A stretch of 64,000 bases of DNA from positions 27,931 through 91,930 of the forward strand of contig DASSGF010000015.1 of the NCBI GenBank assembly GCA_035693565.1. Reading direction: 5' to 3'. The translations under genes and the position numbers were made by a program. The notes beneath the pieces were generated by a model. It saw only the letters and a program-made list of their open reading frames with translations. It ran no database searches and was not told the DNA's origin. Each line of letters starts with the position of its first letter. Within the stretch, counting starts at the first letter, position 1. This DNA is from Rhizomicrobium sp. GTDB lineage: Bacteria; Pseudomonadota; Alphaproteobacteria; Micropepsales; Micropepsaceae. Positions 7,694 through 15,914 of the stretch are shown piece by piece.

Positions 7694-8311
7694 ATGAGGC
7701 ACAGTTTTTTGATATTGCTGGCGGTGTTGCTTCCGGCTGCGGCCTTGACGCAAGTTTGGGCGCAAGACGCCGCGGCGGGCAATCTGCCGGCCGATTTCTA
7801 TCCCAAGCCGGCCTGCGTGACCCCCAACAGCACAAAGCCGCCCACGCCAACTCTCAGCGATCCGGGAGCGGTGGCGAGCTACAATTTCAAAGTCGGTCAA
7901 ATCAACAAGCAGGTGACCGCCTACAACAGCTGCATGCAGGCCTACACCGCCAAAGTCGACAACGACATCCAGGGCATTCTCGCCACGGTGAATGGCGCCG
8001 TGGCTGAAGCCATGGGGCGTGCGGCCCCGCCGCCGCCGGCGGCGGCCGGCAACTTGCCGCTGGGCTTTTATCCCCGCAACAATTGCACCAAACCGGACCG
8101 TGATGCGCTGGGAAGCGCACCTTCGCCCGCGGATCGTGAGGCGATGACGGCCTATAATCTCAGGGCCAAGACCTTCAACAGCCAGACCGCCGCGTTCAAT
8201 TCCTGCCTGGCCGCCTATCAGGACGGGGCCAAGCGCGATATCGGCCGGATTCAAGCGATCTCACAGGCCGCGACCGGACATGGCGCGGCCGAGCCATCAA
8301 GCCGGCAATAG
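7694..8311 (+). CDS. hypothetical exported protein with two internal repeats
   Basis: The start at 7694 gives the signal peptide MRHSFLILLAVLLPAAALTQVWA. Two alignable roughly 85-aa repeats each begin AAGNLP..FYP and carry two Cys. The alternative upstream start in the track is 7625. Confidence 0.6.
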   Translation: MRHSFLILLAVLLPAAALTQVWAQDAAAGNLPADFYPKPACVTPNSTKPPTPTLSDPGAVASYNFKVGQINKQVTAYNSCMQAYTAKVDNDIQGILATVNGAVAEAMGRAAPPPPAAAGNLPLGFYPRNNCTKPDRDALGSAPSPADREAMTAYNLRAKTFNSQTAAFNSCLAAYQDGAKRDIGRIQAISQAATGHGAAEPSSRQ

Positions 8312-8329
8312 GCAAACCGGCGATAGGAT

Positions 8330-8632
8330 TTAAGACTTCTGATTGACCGCCGTGAAGCGCAGGCCCAGTTCGCCATCGCCATACCAGGCCGTGACGCTGT
8401 CGAAACGCCGTCCGTCCTTGAGCACCAATATGACCTTGGTTCCGGCGCAGGGGATCATGTCACAGGCGATGCCGGCGCCGCCTTCGGAGATGTTCACCAA
8501 TTGGCAGGACAGAGTCAGATTCTCGCTGGGGATGACGAGCTCGGCAGCCTCGTCCAGCGGCGCGCGGAGATGCGCCCGGCGTTCCACAAGGGCGGGAGCG
8601 TAGCCCAACGAGTTTGAGCCCAAGACCAACAT
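8330..8632 (-). CDS. PilZ-domain protein
   Basis: 100 aa with the PilZ c-di-GMP motifs RRAHLR (RxxxR) and NISEGG (D/NxSxxG). Confidence 0.8.
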   Translation of the reverse strand: MLVLGSNSLGYAPALVERRAHLRAPLDEAAELVIPSENLTLSCQLVNISEGGAGIACDMIPCAGTKVILVLKDGRRFDSVTAWYGDGELGLRFTAVNQKS

Positions 8633-8752
8633 GATTCACGAAATCCCTTCGGCGGCTTTCATGAAGGATACTAATCGCTTCGGGTTAATTGTGACTAAAT
8701 GTCAGTTTTCTGGAAAAGCGGCGATCGCGGTGGTTAAGGAAGTGTGAGCCGC

Positions 8753-8875
8753 TCAACTGACCCACCACACGAATTTCATCAGCGTTTCGCCAGCCCAGAC
8801 GAGCGCCGCGATGGGATACAGCCACCACGGCAAGCCGAAGTGGTAGATCAGGCAGCAGGCGATCAGCAAAGTCAT
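8753..8875 (-). CDS. possible 40-aa membrane peptide
   Basis: An internal ATG gives MTLLIACCLIYHFGLPWWLYPIAALVWAGETLMKFVWWVS. Third-position GC is high, but I see no clear SD. Confidence 0.3.
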   Translation of the reverse strand: MTLLIACCLIYHFGLPWWLYPIAALVWAGETLMKFVWWVS

Positions 8876-9042
8876 GGTTGCGTATCCGGACGCACAAGCT
8901 GACCTCCGTTCCCTGAACCGCCCCTGAACACATTGCGGCTCAATTTTGGCGCACGGCGCGAAATGGCACCGATCAAGCCAAAGGCACCAACCCTTCCCAC
9001 TGGCGTTTAGAAAATGGACACCGACATGCGAGTTCACGGAAG

Positions 9043-9282
9043 ATGAATATAATTTTCAGGCATCCCGACCTGAGCGCCCATGAAGCCGGCTGCCTGCTTG
9101 CCGATGGCGGATTGCCGCCGGCCGATCCCTACGGTTCCTACATTGATGTCTTTTGCGAGTGTCACCGTTATACGGCGCCCAAGATTCTGATGAACGGCAC
9201 CGACATTGCCTGGCCTGCCGGATGGACCCCGGACATGGCCGCGGACTGGCGCAAGCAAAAGGGAATCTTGCCGCTGGTCTAG
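9043..9282 (+). CDS. hypothetical protein
   Basis: 79-aa ORF with genome-like codon bias and a weak SD (GGAAG). I recognise no family. Confidence 0.4.
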   Translation: MNIIFRHPDLSAHEAGCLLADGGLPPADPYGSYIDVFCECHRYTAPKILMNGTDIAWPAGWTPDMAADWRKQKGILPLV

Positions 9283-9328
9283 CGGAGGAACCTTGGTCCC
9301 GTTTCACGCTTTCCGCTGGAAAACCGCC

Positions 9329-9958
9329 TCAACTCCACAGCGGTTGGATGCGCGCCGCCAAGTGAACCAGCGCCGCGGTGGAGCGCAGCTTCAATTTTTC
9401 CTTCATGCGGGAGCGATGGACCTTGACGGTTTTTTCCGTGATGTTCAGGTCATGCGCGATCTGCTTGTTCAGCCGGCCGCGCGCCACATACCAGAACACT
9501 TCCTGTTCGCGGTTGGACAGAATCCGCCACTGGCTCAAGAGTTCAGCCGCCTCAAGGCGTTTTTTCCGGTAGGCTGCGTCCGCCTGAACGGCGTTGTCGA
9601 CCGCCTCCAACACCGCATCGGGCTCCGCCGGCTTTATGAGGTAGTTCAGCGCTCCGCCTTTCATGGCCGAAACCGCCTCTTCGACGCGATCGGTTCCCGT
9701 CAAAAAGACCACGGGGCGCGATTGCCCCCGGGCAGTAAGCGCGGCCTGGACTTCCAGCCCGCTCAACTCCGACATTTGCAGATCGAGCAGCAGGCAACCG
9801 GGGCGGCCGGGATCATGCCGGTCAAGAAACGCGATGGGCGAGGTGAAGGCTGCGACCCTGTATCCTTTGAGGGACAGAAGATTTTCGAGCGCGCCCAGGA
9901 AGTGGCGATCATCATCGACCACGAAAACCCAGGCTTCTTCGGATGCCCTTTCCGACAT
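9329..9958 (-). CDS. FixJ/LuxR-family response regulator (REC + LuxR HTH)
   Basis: The start at 9958 (MSERASEEAWVFVVDDD) gives a REC domain with LLDLQM. The C-terminal HTH is LSNREQEVFWYVARGRLNKQIAHDLNITEKTVKVHR. Confidence 0.9.
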   Translation of the reverse strand: MSERASEEAWVFVVDDDRHFLGALENLLSLKGYRVAAFTSPIAFLDRHDPGRPGCLLLDLQMSELSGLEVQAALTARGQSRPVVFLTGTDRVEEAVSAMKGGALNYLIKPAEPDAVLEAVDNAVQADAAYRKKRLEAAELLSQWRILSNREQEVFWYVARGRLNKQIAHDLNITEKTVKVHRSRMKEKLKLRSTAALVHLAARIQPLWS

Positions 9959-10082
9959 GTTCCCCCCAGAACCTGTTGATGAAACGGCCGTCAGAACCCG
10001 CCGGCCGCCGCCCATGAACCGGGCTAATGTCTTGTTTAACCATATAATTGTGGCAAATGCATATCGGGCGGCGTTCCCTGGC

Positions 10083-10100
10083 ATTGGACTTTGGTCCAAT
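10083..10100. promoter_or_regulatory. perfect 7-4-7 palindrome ATTGGAC-TTTG-GTCCAAT
   Basis: Lies in the divergent intergenic region between the regulator (ATG 9958) and kinase 1 (ATG 10153). The identical half-sites recur at 15800-15817. Confidence 0.5.
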
Positions 10101-10152
10101 TGCGACTAGGCCGGTCGCAGAGCCCGCTCCCCCCGCCGGAGGGGGAGCGCCC

Positions 10153-11772
10153 ATGCTGGAGAGCGAATTTCTCATCTATGACCGTCCGGCCAGCGTCCGG
10201 CAGACGCAGTCTGCGCGGTTGTTCGCACTGGCTCTTTTGCTCGCATGCCTCGCCATTTTTCCCTTTCGCGTGCTCGCGCTGCCGAAAATCAGCGCCTTCA
10301 TAGCCGTGATCGACACCATGTATGTCCTGTTCAGCGGGATCATTGCCGCCGTTCTTCTCTCCCTGGCTTCGATCCTGCGCTCCAAGGCACTCATCGCCTT
10401 GGGTACCGGCTTTTTCTTCACCGGGCTCTTCGCGGGGGCGCATGCCTTGACCTATCCCGAGGTTTTTTCCCCCGCGGGACTGTTGGGGGCCGACATCAAC
10501 ACGGCGACATGGCTGTATCTTTCCTGGCATACCGCGCTGCCTACCGCCGTCATCGCTTATGCGCTGTTGAAAAACGCGCCGCACCGGTTGCGCGAAACAT
10601 CCGGCGCGCCCGTCGGGGCAATCTTTGTCTGCCTGGCGGCCGCGGCCATTTTGGCGGTGGCGGTGATATCACTCGCCACCGCCGGGGCCCATCTTGTGAC
10701 CGGTGTCCTGCATTTCGGCCTGCCGCAGGCCAACAGCGTCCACTATTTCGCGATGCTGCTGACCGGGGTGGGGATCGCGCTGCTGTGGCTTGGGCCGCGT
10801 TCCGTCCTGGACATAGGCCTGATGCTGACCCTCTGGGCCTTGTTGACGGAATCGATCGTGATTTTGCCGGGTGCGGCCCGCTTCAGCGTCGGATGGTATT
10901 CCGGGCGGCTGATGGGACTGCTGTCCGGCTTGTTCGTGCTGCTGATGTTGCTGATCGAAATGGGCCGGCTTTATGGACGGATGGCCCTGCTGATTGCGGT
11001 CCAGAAGCGGGAACAGGAAAACCGGCGGATGGTGGGGGAGGCGGTGGGGGCCTTCATCGCCCATGAGTTGCGCCAGCCGCTGGCGTCGATGATGCTGCAT
11101 GCCGGCACGGCCAAGCATCTCTGTGCCGAGGATGACGGCAGGCTGACCGAGGTGTTGGACGAGCTGGTCCAGGATGGCCGCCGTGTCCACGAGATTGTCG
11201 AAAGCACCCGTGCGGCCGTCGCCAAGGACAGCCCGCAAAAATCACTCGCCGATATCAACCGGCTTGTTCGCGACACGCTGCGCATGATCTCTCATGAGCT
11301 TCGCGGCCGCGGCATCAAAATCAGGCTGGATCTGGACGACCGCCTGCCGCCGGTTCTCGTCAATCCTGTCCAGATGCAGCAGGTTTTTGTCAATCTCTTC
11401 CTCAATGCGGTGGACGCCATGAGCGAAGTGAAGCAACGGCCGCGCCTCCTAGCGGTCCAAACCAGCCGTGGCGACGCCATGGCCGTGGTCCGGGTGCAAG
11501 ACAGCGGGCGGGGCATCAGGCCGGACGATCTGGAGCGCGTCTTCGATGCCTTCTTCACCACCAAGACGCACGGCGCGGGAATAGGGCTTTCCATCTGCCG
11601 CTCAGTGGTGAACGCCCATGGCGGGACCATTCAAGTCTCATCCCAGGAACCGTTCGGTGCCATCTTTGAGATATCCCTGCCGGCCGGCGCCGTCCAGGCG
11701 GAGCCGGTTTTTGCGTCCCAAACCATCTGCAGTGCGTCCCGCCACGGTCAATTCAACCAAACTTTTCGGTGA
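10153..11772 (+). CDS. sensor histidine kinase with a multi-TM (MASE4-like) N-terminal domain
   Basis: A polytopic N-terminal half is followed by the FixL-like H-box FIAHELRQPLASM and an HATPase domain (NAVDAM, DSGRGI, GAGIGLSI). The start is taken at ATG 10153 (MLESEF). Confidence 0.85.
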   Translation: MLESEFLIYDRPASVRQTQSARLFALALLLACLAIFPFRVLALPKISAFIAVIDTMYVLFSGIIAAVLLSLASILRSKALIALGTGFFFTGLFAGAHALTYPEVFSPAGLLGADINTATWLYLSWHTALPTAVIAYALLKNAPHRLRETSGAPVGAIFVCLAAAAILAVAVISLATAGAHLVTGVLHFGLPQANSVHYFAMLLTGVGIALLWLGPRSVLDIGLMLTLWALLTESIVILPGAARFSVGWYSGRLMGLLSGLFVLLMLLIEMGRLYGRMALLIAVQKREQENRRMVGEAVGAFIAHELRQPLASMMLHAGTAKHLCAEDDGRLTEVLDELVQDGRRVHEIVESTRAAVAKDSPQKSLADINRLVRDTLRMISHELRGRGIKIRLDLDDRLPPVLVNPVQMQQVFVNLFLNAVDAMSEVKQRPRLLAVQTSRGDAMAVVRVQDSGRGIRPDDLERVFDAFFTTKTHGAGIGLSICRSVVNAHGGTIQVSSQEPFGAIFEISLPAGAVQAEPVFASQTICSASRHGQFNQTFR

Positions 11773-13397
11773 CACTCATGCCAGCATCAAAATTGCTTGT
11801 TTACCGCATGCCGGCCAGCCGGACTCAGGGCCTGGTCACTTGCGGCATCGCGGCGGCGCTTCTTGTCATGTTCACGGCGACGCTGTTTTTCCGCACCGAA
11901 CTTTTCCAGAGTCAAAGGCTGCCGTCGCGGGAAGTCTTTGTCGCGATCAGCGGCGTCATCATGGTGATGTCGGACTGGATCATCGCGACCCTGTTGCTGG
12001 CCCAAGCCCGGGTGCTGCAGTCCCGGCCGCTGTATGTGCTGGCGGCCGGTTATTTTCTTGCCGGGCTGTTCATGGCCTTGCGCATTTTGAGCCTTGCCGG
12101 CGCCTTGGGACCGGTGGAGCGCCGCTTCGACCCGACCTACAACCTGCCCCTCTGGTTCTACCTTTCCTCCCACGCCGCGCTGCCGCTCGCCATCATTCCC
12201 TATGCCTGGCTGAGCCAGGCCACGGACCGGTCGTCCGGCACGGAGCCGTTCCAGCGCCGCTCGCCGGAACGCTATCTGGTCAAGGCGATGATCCTGGCGG
12301 GAGGCGTGATCGTGATACTGGCGGCCGCCAAAACCCTTCTGCCATGGTCATCGCCGATCTTTCTGTCGGCATCCGCCGTGATGCTGCTGATCATCGCCGG
12401 CATGGCTGTGCTAGCGCGCGGGGTGCATTCGGAGCTGGACCTTTGGCTTTTGCTGATGCTGTGGGGCTGGTTCCTGGAGATGGCGCTGATTGCGGAGTCT
12501 TCCGTGGGCTATACCGCCGGCTGGTATGCGGCGCGCACCCTGGGCCTGATGTCCGGCCTGTTCGTTCTCTTCGCGCTGCTGGCGGAAACCAGCAAGCTCT
12601 ATGCGCAGAGCGTGTTGCAGCTCATCGCCCAGAACCAGGAGCGCGAGCACCGCTTCCTGATCCGCGATGTGATGTCGGCTTCCATCGCGCACGAACTGCG
12701 CCAGCCGCTTGCCGCGATCATGATCAACGCGGAAGTGGCCCGCAAGCTCGCTTGCGGCCGCCAGGACAAGGCGGCGCCCCCGCCGGACGAAACCAGCCAG
12801 GTGCTGGACGAAATCGTCGCCTCCAGCCACCGCGCCAACGATATTCTCGAAAGCACGCGCGCCATATTCCGCCGGGGAAATGTGGAAAGAATCTCCGTCA
12901 ATCCGGCGCTGATCCTGCAAAGCACCCTGGCGCTGATCGAAAGCAGCGCGCGCATGCACAATGTCTCGGTCAAGTTGATGGTGGAGGGACAGCCTGGGCC
13001 GATTGCGGTCAACCGGCTGCAGTTCCAGCAGGCGCTGCTGAACCTGTTCCAGAATGCGATCGAGGCCCTCACCCAGTCGAACGAGCGGCGCCGCGTCTTG
13101 CTGGTGCGGTGTTGCCGCGGGGAGAATGGGGAGGTGGTTATCCGGGTGGCGGACAATGGCCCCGGCATCGCGCCGGTTGTCCGCAACAAGATATTCGATG
13201 CCTTCTTCACCACGCGCCCAGAGGCCAGCGGCATGGGGCTGTTGATCGCGCGCTCGGTGATCAGGGCGCATGGCGGCAAGCTGGCGGTGGAGGCGCATTC
13301 CCCGGTCGGCACCGTTTTCGTGATACAGCTGCCGCAGGAGAAAACGGCATCGGCGGTGTCCGCCCGGCCGCAGCCGCGGGCAAGTGCGCTGCATTAG
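11769..13397 (+). CDS. second, paralogous sensor histidine kinase (MASE4-like N-terminus)
   Basis: Same architecture as kinase 1 (SIAHELRQPLAAI, NAIEAL, DNGPGI, GMGLLIA). Its GTG start overlaps the stop of kinase 1 (GTGA). An alternative ATG start is at 11778. Confidence 0.85.
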   Translation: MTLMPASKLLVYRMPASRTQGLVTCGIAAALLVMFTATLFFRTELFQSQRLPSREVFVAISGVIMVMSDWIIATLLLAQARVLQSRPLYVLAAGYFLAGLFMALRILSLAGALGPVERRFDPTYNLPLWFYLSSHAALPLAIIPYAWLSQATDRSSGTEPFQRRSPERYLVKAMILAGGVIVILAAAKTLLPWSSPIFLSASAVMLLIIAGMAVLARGVHSELDLWLLLMLWGWFLEMALIAESSVGYTAGWYAARTLGLMSGLFVLFALLAETSKLYAQSVLQLIAQNQEREHRFLIRDVMSASIAHELRQPLAAIMINAEVARKLACGRQDKAAPPPDETSQVLDEIVASSHRANDILESTRAIFRRGNVERISVNPALILQSTLALIESSARMHNVSVKLMVEGQPGPIAVNRLQFQQALLNLFQNAIEALTQSNERRRVLLVRCCRGENGEVVIRVADNGPGIAPVVRNKIFDAFFTTRPEASGMGLLIARSVIRAHGGKLAVEAHSPVGTVFVIQLPQEKTASAVSARPQPRASALH

Positions 13398-13517
13398 CGT
13401 CCGGCTGGCCGCCTGACATCGCGGCGGGCGCCAGGCGCCTGCGCGTGCAAGATGCGCTTGGGCAAGCGCGGGGCCGTTAGTCCCGGATTGATCCCGAAAA
13501 TCACCTAATCGCGGCTG

Positions 13518-13531
13518 GTCCAACGTCCAAT
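13518..13531. promoter_or_regulatory. tandem half-sites GTCCAAC-GTCCAAT upstream of the glutaminase
   Basis: A direct repeat of the half-site seen in the two palindromes, about 90 nt upstream of the glsA ATG. This is weaker evidence than the palindromes. Confidence 0.25.
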
Positions 13532-13621
13532 GGCGGACCTGCTTGGATCGTCGTAGCGATGGCATAGGCGGGCCAGACTGGCCGGCCGGTTTCAACGCGC
13601 CGATACCAGTGGAGATTTTCG

Positions 13622-14656
13622 ATGTCAGCCCAGACACGCATTACCTTCAAGACTATTGCTTTCACGGCCGCGCTGCTCATTTGCGGCGGCGCATCTGCCC
13701 AAGCAGCAAGCGACGATACGGCGATCAAATACGCCCTCGACAGCGTGTATGCGAAGCTCAAAGGGGCAAAAGGCGGCAAGAATGCCGACTATATTCCCGC
13801 GCTGGCGCGGGTTAACCCGAACATCTTCGGCATCGCAATTGTCACGGTCGATGGACGTGTCTTCACGGTCGGCGACATCAAATCGGAAGTTTCCATACAG
13901 TCCATCTCCAAGGTCTTCACCTTGGCGCTGGTCATGGAGCAGCAGGGAACGGACGTGGTCGAAAAGAATATCGGGGTTGACGCGACGGGCCAGGCGTTCA
14001 ACTCGATTGTCGCGATCGAAGGCTATAAAGGCCTGGAAATGAATCCCCTGGTGAACCCGGGCGCGATCACCGCGACCAGCATGGTGAAAGGCGATTCCCG
14101 CAAGGGGATTTGGGACGCGATGCTGAATTTCTATAGCGGTTTTGCCGGCCGTCCGCTGTCGGTCAATGCGGAAGTATTCAAGTCGGAATCGGAGACCAAC
14201 CAGCGCAACCAGGCCATCGCGGCGCTGATGTATGCCTATGGCCGTATCAAGGACAATCCGGCGCGCGCCACCGACATCTATACCGAGCAATGCGCGGTGA
14301 ATGTGAATACCAAGGACTTGGCCGTCATGGCCGCAACCCTGGCCAATGGCGGCAAGAATCCGATCACCGGCAAAACCGTGATGAAGGCGGCGAATGTGCC
14401 CGAGGTGCTGGCGGTGATGGCGACGGCCGGCCTTTATGACGATGCCGGAAAATGGCTCTATCACACCGGCCTTCCGGCCAAGAGCGGGGTGGGCGGCGGA
14501 ATCATCGCCGTCGTGCCCGGCAAGTTCGGCATTGCGGCGATTTCCCCGCCGCTCGACAGCGCCGGCAACAGCTACAAGGCGCAACTTGCGATCGCACAGG
14601 TGTCAGAAGCACTGGGGGCCAACCCCTATGCCGTCAAGCCAACCGGCCCGCAATAG
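13622..14656 (+). CDS. glsA: glutaminase A with an N-terminal signal peptide
   Basis: 344 aa with glutaminase blocks (YIPALA, FGIAIVTVDG, SIQSISKVF, NPLVNPGAI, GLPAKSGVGGGI). The N-terminus is ITFKTIAFTAALLICGGASAQA. Confidence 0.9.
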   Translation: MSAQTRITFKTIAFTAALLICGGASAQAASDDTAIKYALDSVYAKLKGAKGGKNADYIPALARVNPNIFGIAIVTVDGRVFTVGDIKSEVSIQSISKVFTLALVMEQQGTDVVEKNIGVDATGQAFNSIVAIEGYKGLEMNPLVNPGAITATSMVKGDSRKGIWDAMLNFYSGFAGRPLSVNAEVFKSESETNQRNQAIAALMYAYGRIKDNPARATDIYTEQCAVNVNTKDLAVMAATLANGGKNPITGKTVMKAANVPEVLAVMATAGLYDDAGKWLYHTGLPAKSGVGGGIIAVVPGKFGIAAISPPLDSAGNSYKAQLAIAQVSEALGANPYAVKPTGPQ

Positions 14657-14668
14657 ACGGCAAATGTC

Positions 14669-15772
14669 ATGGCAGGTTCGTTTTTAAGGGCTGCCCTGTC
14701 ATGCGCGGTCCTGGCCGCGCCGCTGTCAGGGAGTCCGGTCTTCGCCGCCGAAACCGGCTATTTGTTCAATGACGAACATTTTCATCTGACCAACTATATC
14801 CAAAAGGGATTGACCGCCCGCGACTATCTCAAGCTCATGGGCGACAAGGTTGGGCGCTCGGCCCTGTTCGGCATCCCGCTGCAGCAGACTTGGGCGTATG
14901 AAAACTCCGGCACCTTCGCGCCGACCTATTACCTGCAGTCCGACGCGCCGCTTTATTATTATTCCTTCACCGACGCGGTGATCGCTAAGACCTTCCTCGA
15001 CCTGACGCCGGAGGAGCGCAAGCGCTTCGATCCCATGATTACCGGCTTCAATCCGGCCGACATGTATGGCGTCGATCATATCCGCCGCGTGCTTCAGACC
15101 TTTCCGGGCGTATTCGAGGGCATCGGCGAATTCAGCGTCCACAAGGAATTCGTCTCCTCGAAGATCGCCGGCAACGGCGCCAGCCTGAGCAATCCCGCGC
15201 TTGGCCGCATCCTGGATTTTGCCGCCGAGGCGGGACTGGTGGTCATCATTCATTGCGATATCGACACGCCTTTCGATGATCCGGAGAAGGAGCCGATCTA
15301 TCTCAGCCAGATGAAGGCGCTGATCAAGCGCCACCCCAAGGCAACGATCATCTGGGCGCATACGGGCCTGGGACGCGTGGTGCGGCCGATCGGCAACCAG
15401 GCGACCAGCAGGCCGACCCGCAACCAGAACCACCTGGACATCCTGGGTGAGCTGCTGCGGGACCCGGCGTTCAAGCATCTCTACTTCGACATTTCCTGGG
15501 ATGAGGTCGCCAAATATGCGATCTCCTCGCCCGAGATCGAGAAACGGACCGCGGCTCTGTTCAACAAGTTTCCCGACCGTTTCATTTTCGGCACCGATGT
15601 GGTCGCGCCCAAGGATCAGGCGACGGTGCTGAGGGTCTTCCATCTGTGGGATCGTATTTTCGCACAACTCACGCCTGCCGCGAGCCTGGCCATCCGCAAA
15701 GGCAATTACGAAAAGCTGTTCGACGCCGCGCGCGTGAAGGTGAGAGCTTGGGAACAAGCAAACGTTCATTGA
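14669..15772 (+). CDS. exported metal-dependent amidohydrolase (amidohydrolase-2/TIM-barrel type)
   Basis: Signal peptide (AVLAAPLSGSPVFA), an N-terminal HxH motif (EHFHLTNY), then IIHCD, WAHTG and FGTD. It starts 12 nt after glsA. Confidence 0.75.
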   Translation: MAGSFLRAALSCAVLAAPLSGSPVFAAETGYLFNDEHFHLTNYIQKGLTARDYLKLMGDKVGRSALFGIPLQQTWAYENSGTFAPTYYLQSDAPLYYYSFTDAVIAKTFLDLTPEERKRFDPMITGFNPADMYGVDHIRRVLQTFPGVFEGIGEFSVHKEFVSSKIAGNGASLSNPALGRILDFAAEAGLVVIIHCDIDTPFDDPEKEPIYLSQMKALIKRHPKATIIWAHTGLGRVVRPIGNQATSRPTRNQNHLDILGELLRDPAFKHLYFDISWDEVAKYAISSPEIEKRTAALFNKFPDRFIFGTDVVAPKDQATVLRVFHLWDRIFAQLTPAASLAIRKGNYEKLFDAARVKVRAWEQANVH

Positions 15773-15799
15773 ATCGGTGAATTGGTTCCACCTGGCCCC

Positions 15800-15817
15800 A
15801 TTGGACGATGGTCCAAT
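15800..15817. promoter_or_regulatory. perfect 7-4-7 palindrome ATTGGAC-GATG-GTCCAAT
   Basis: Lies between the amidohydrolase stop (15772) and the porin GTG (15915). The half-sites are the same as at 10083-10100. Confidence 0.5.
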
Positions 15818-15914
15818 AGGGTTTTCCCTGAGAGGAATTCTATCGTTCCCGCGTTTTCCGCCGCTCATGGGCACGAGGTTCGCCCCCGCGGCTGATGAGC
15901 GAGGGTGAGACATA

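Noticed and set aside
8964-8978. Possible sigma-54 promoter TGGCAC-CGATC-AAGC about 65 nt upstream of the 9043 ORF
   Set aside because: The GG-N10-GC spacing is right, but the -12 element is AAGC rather than TTGC. No enhancer-binding-protein gene is nearby, and the downstream ORF itself is uncertain.
13398-13621. Glutamine-type riboswitch or other known RNA element upstream of the glutaminase
   Set aside because: I see no resemblance to the glnA RNA motif as I recall it. Only short generic hairpins and the half-site repeat, reported separately, are present.
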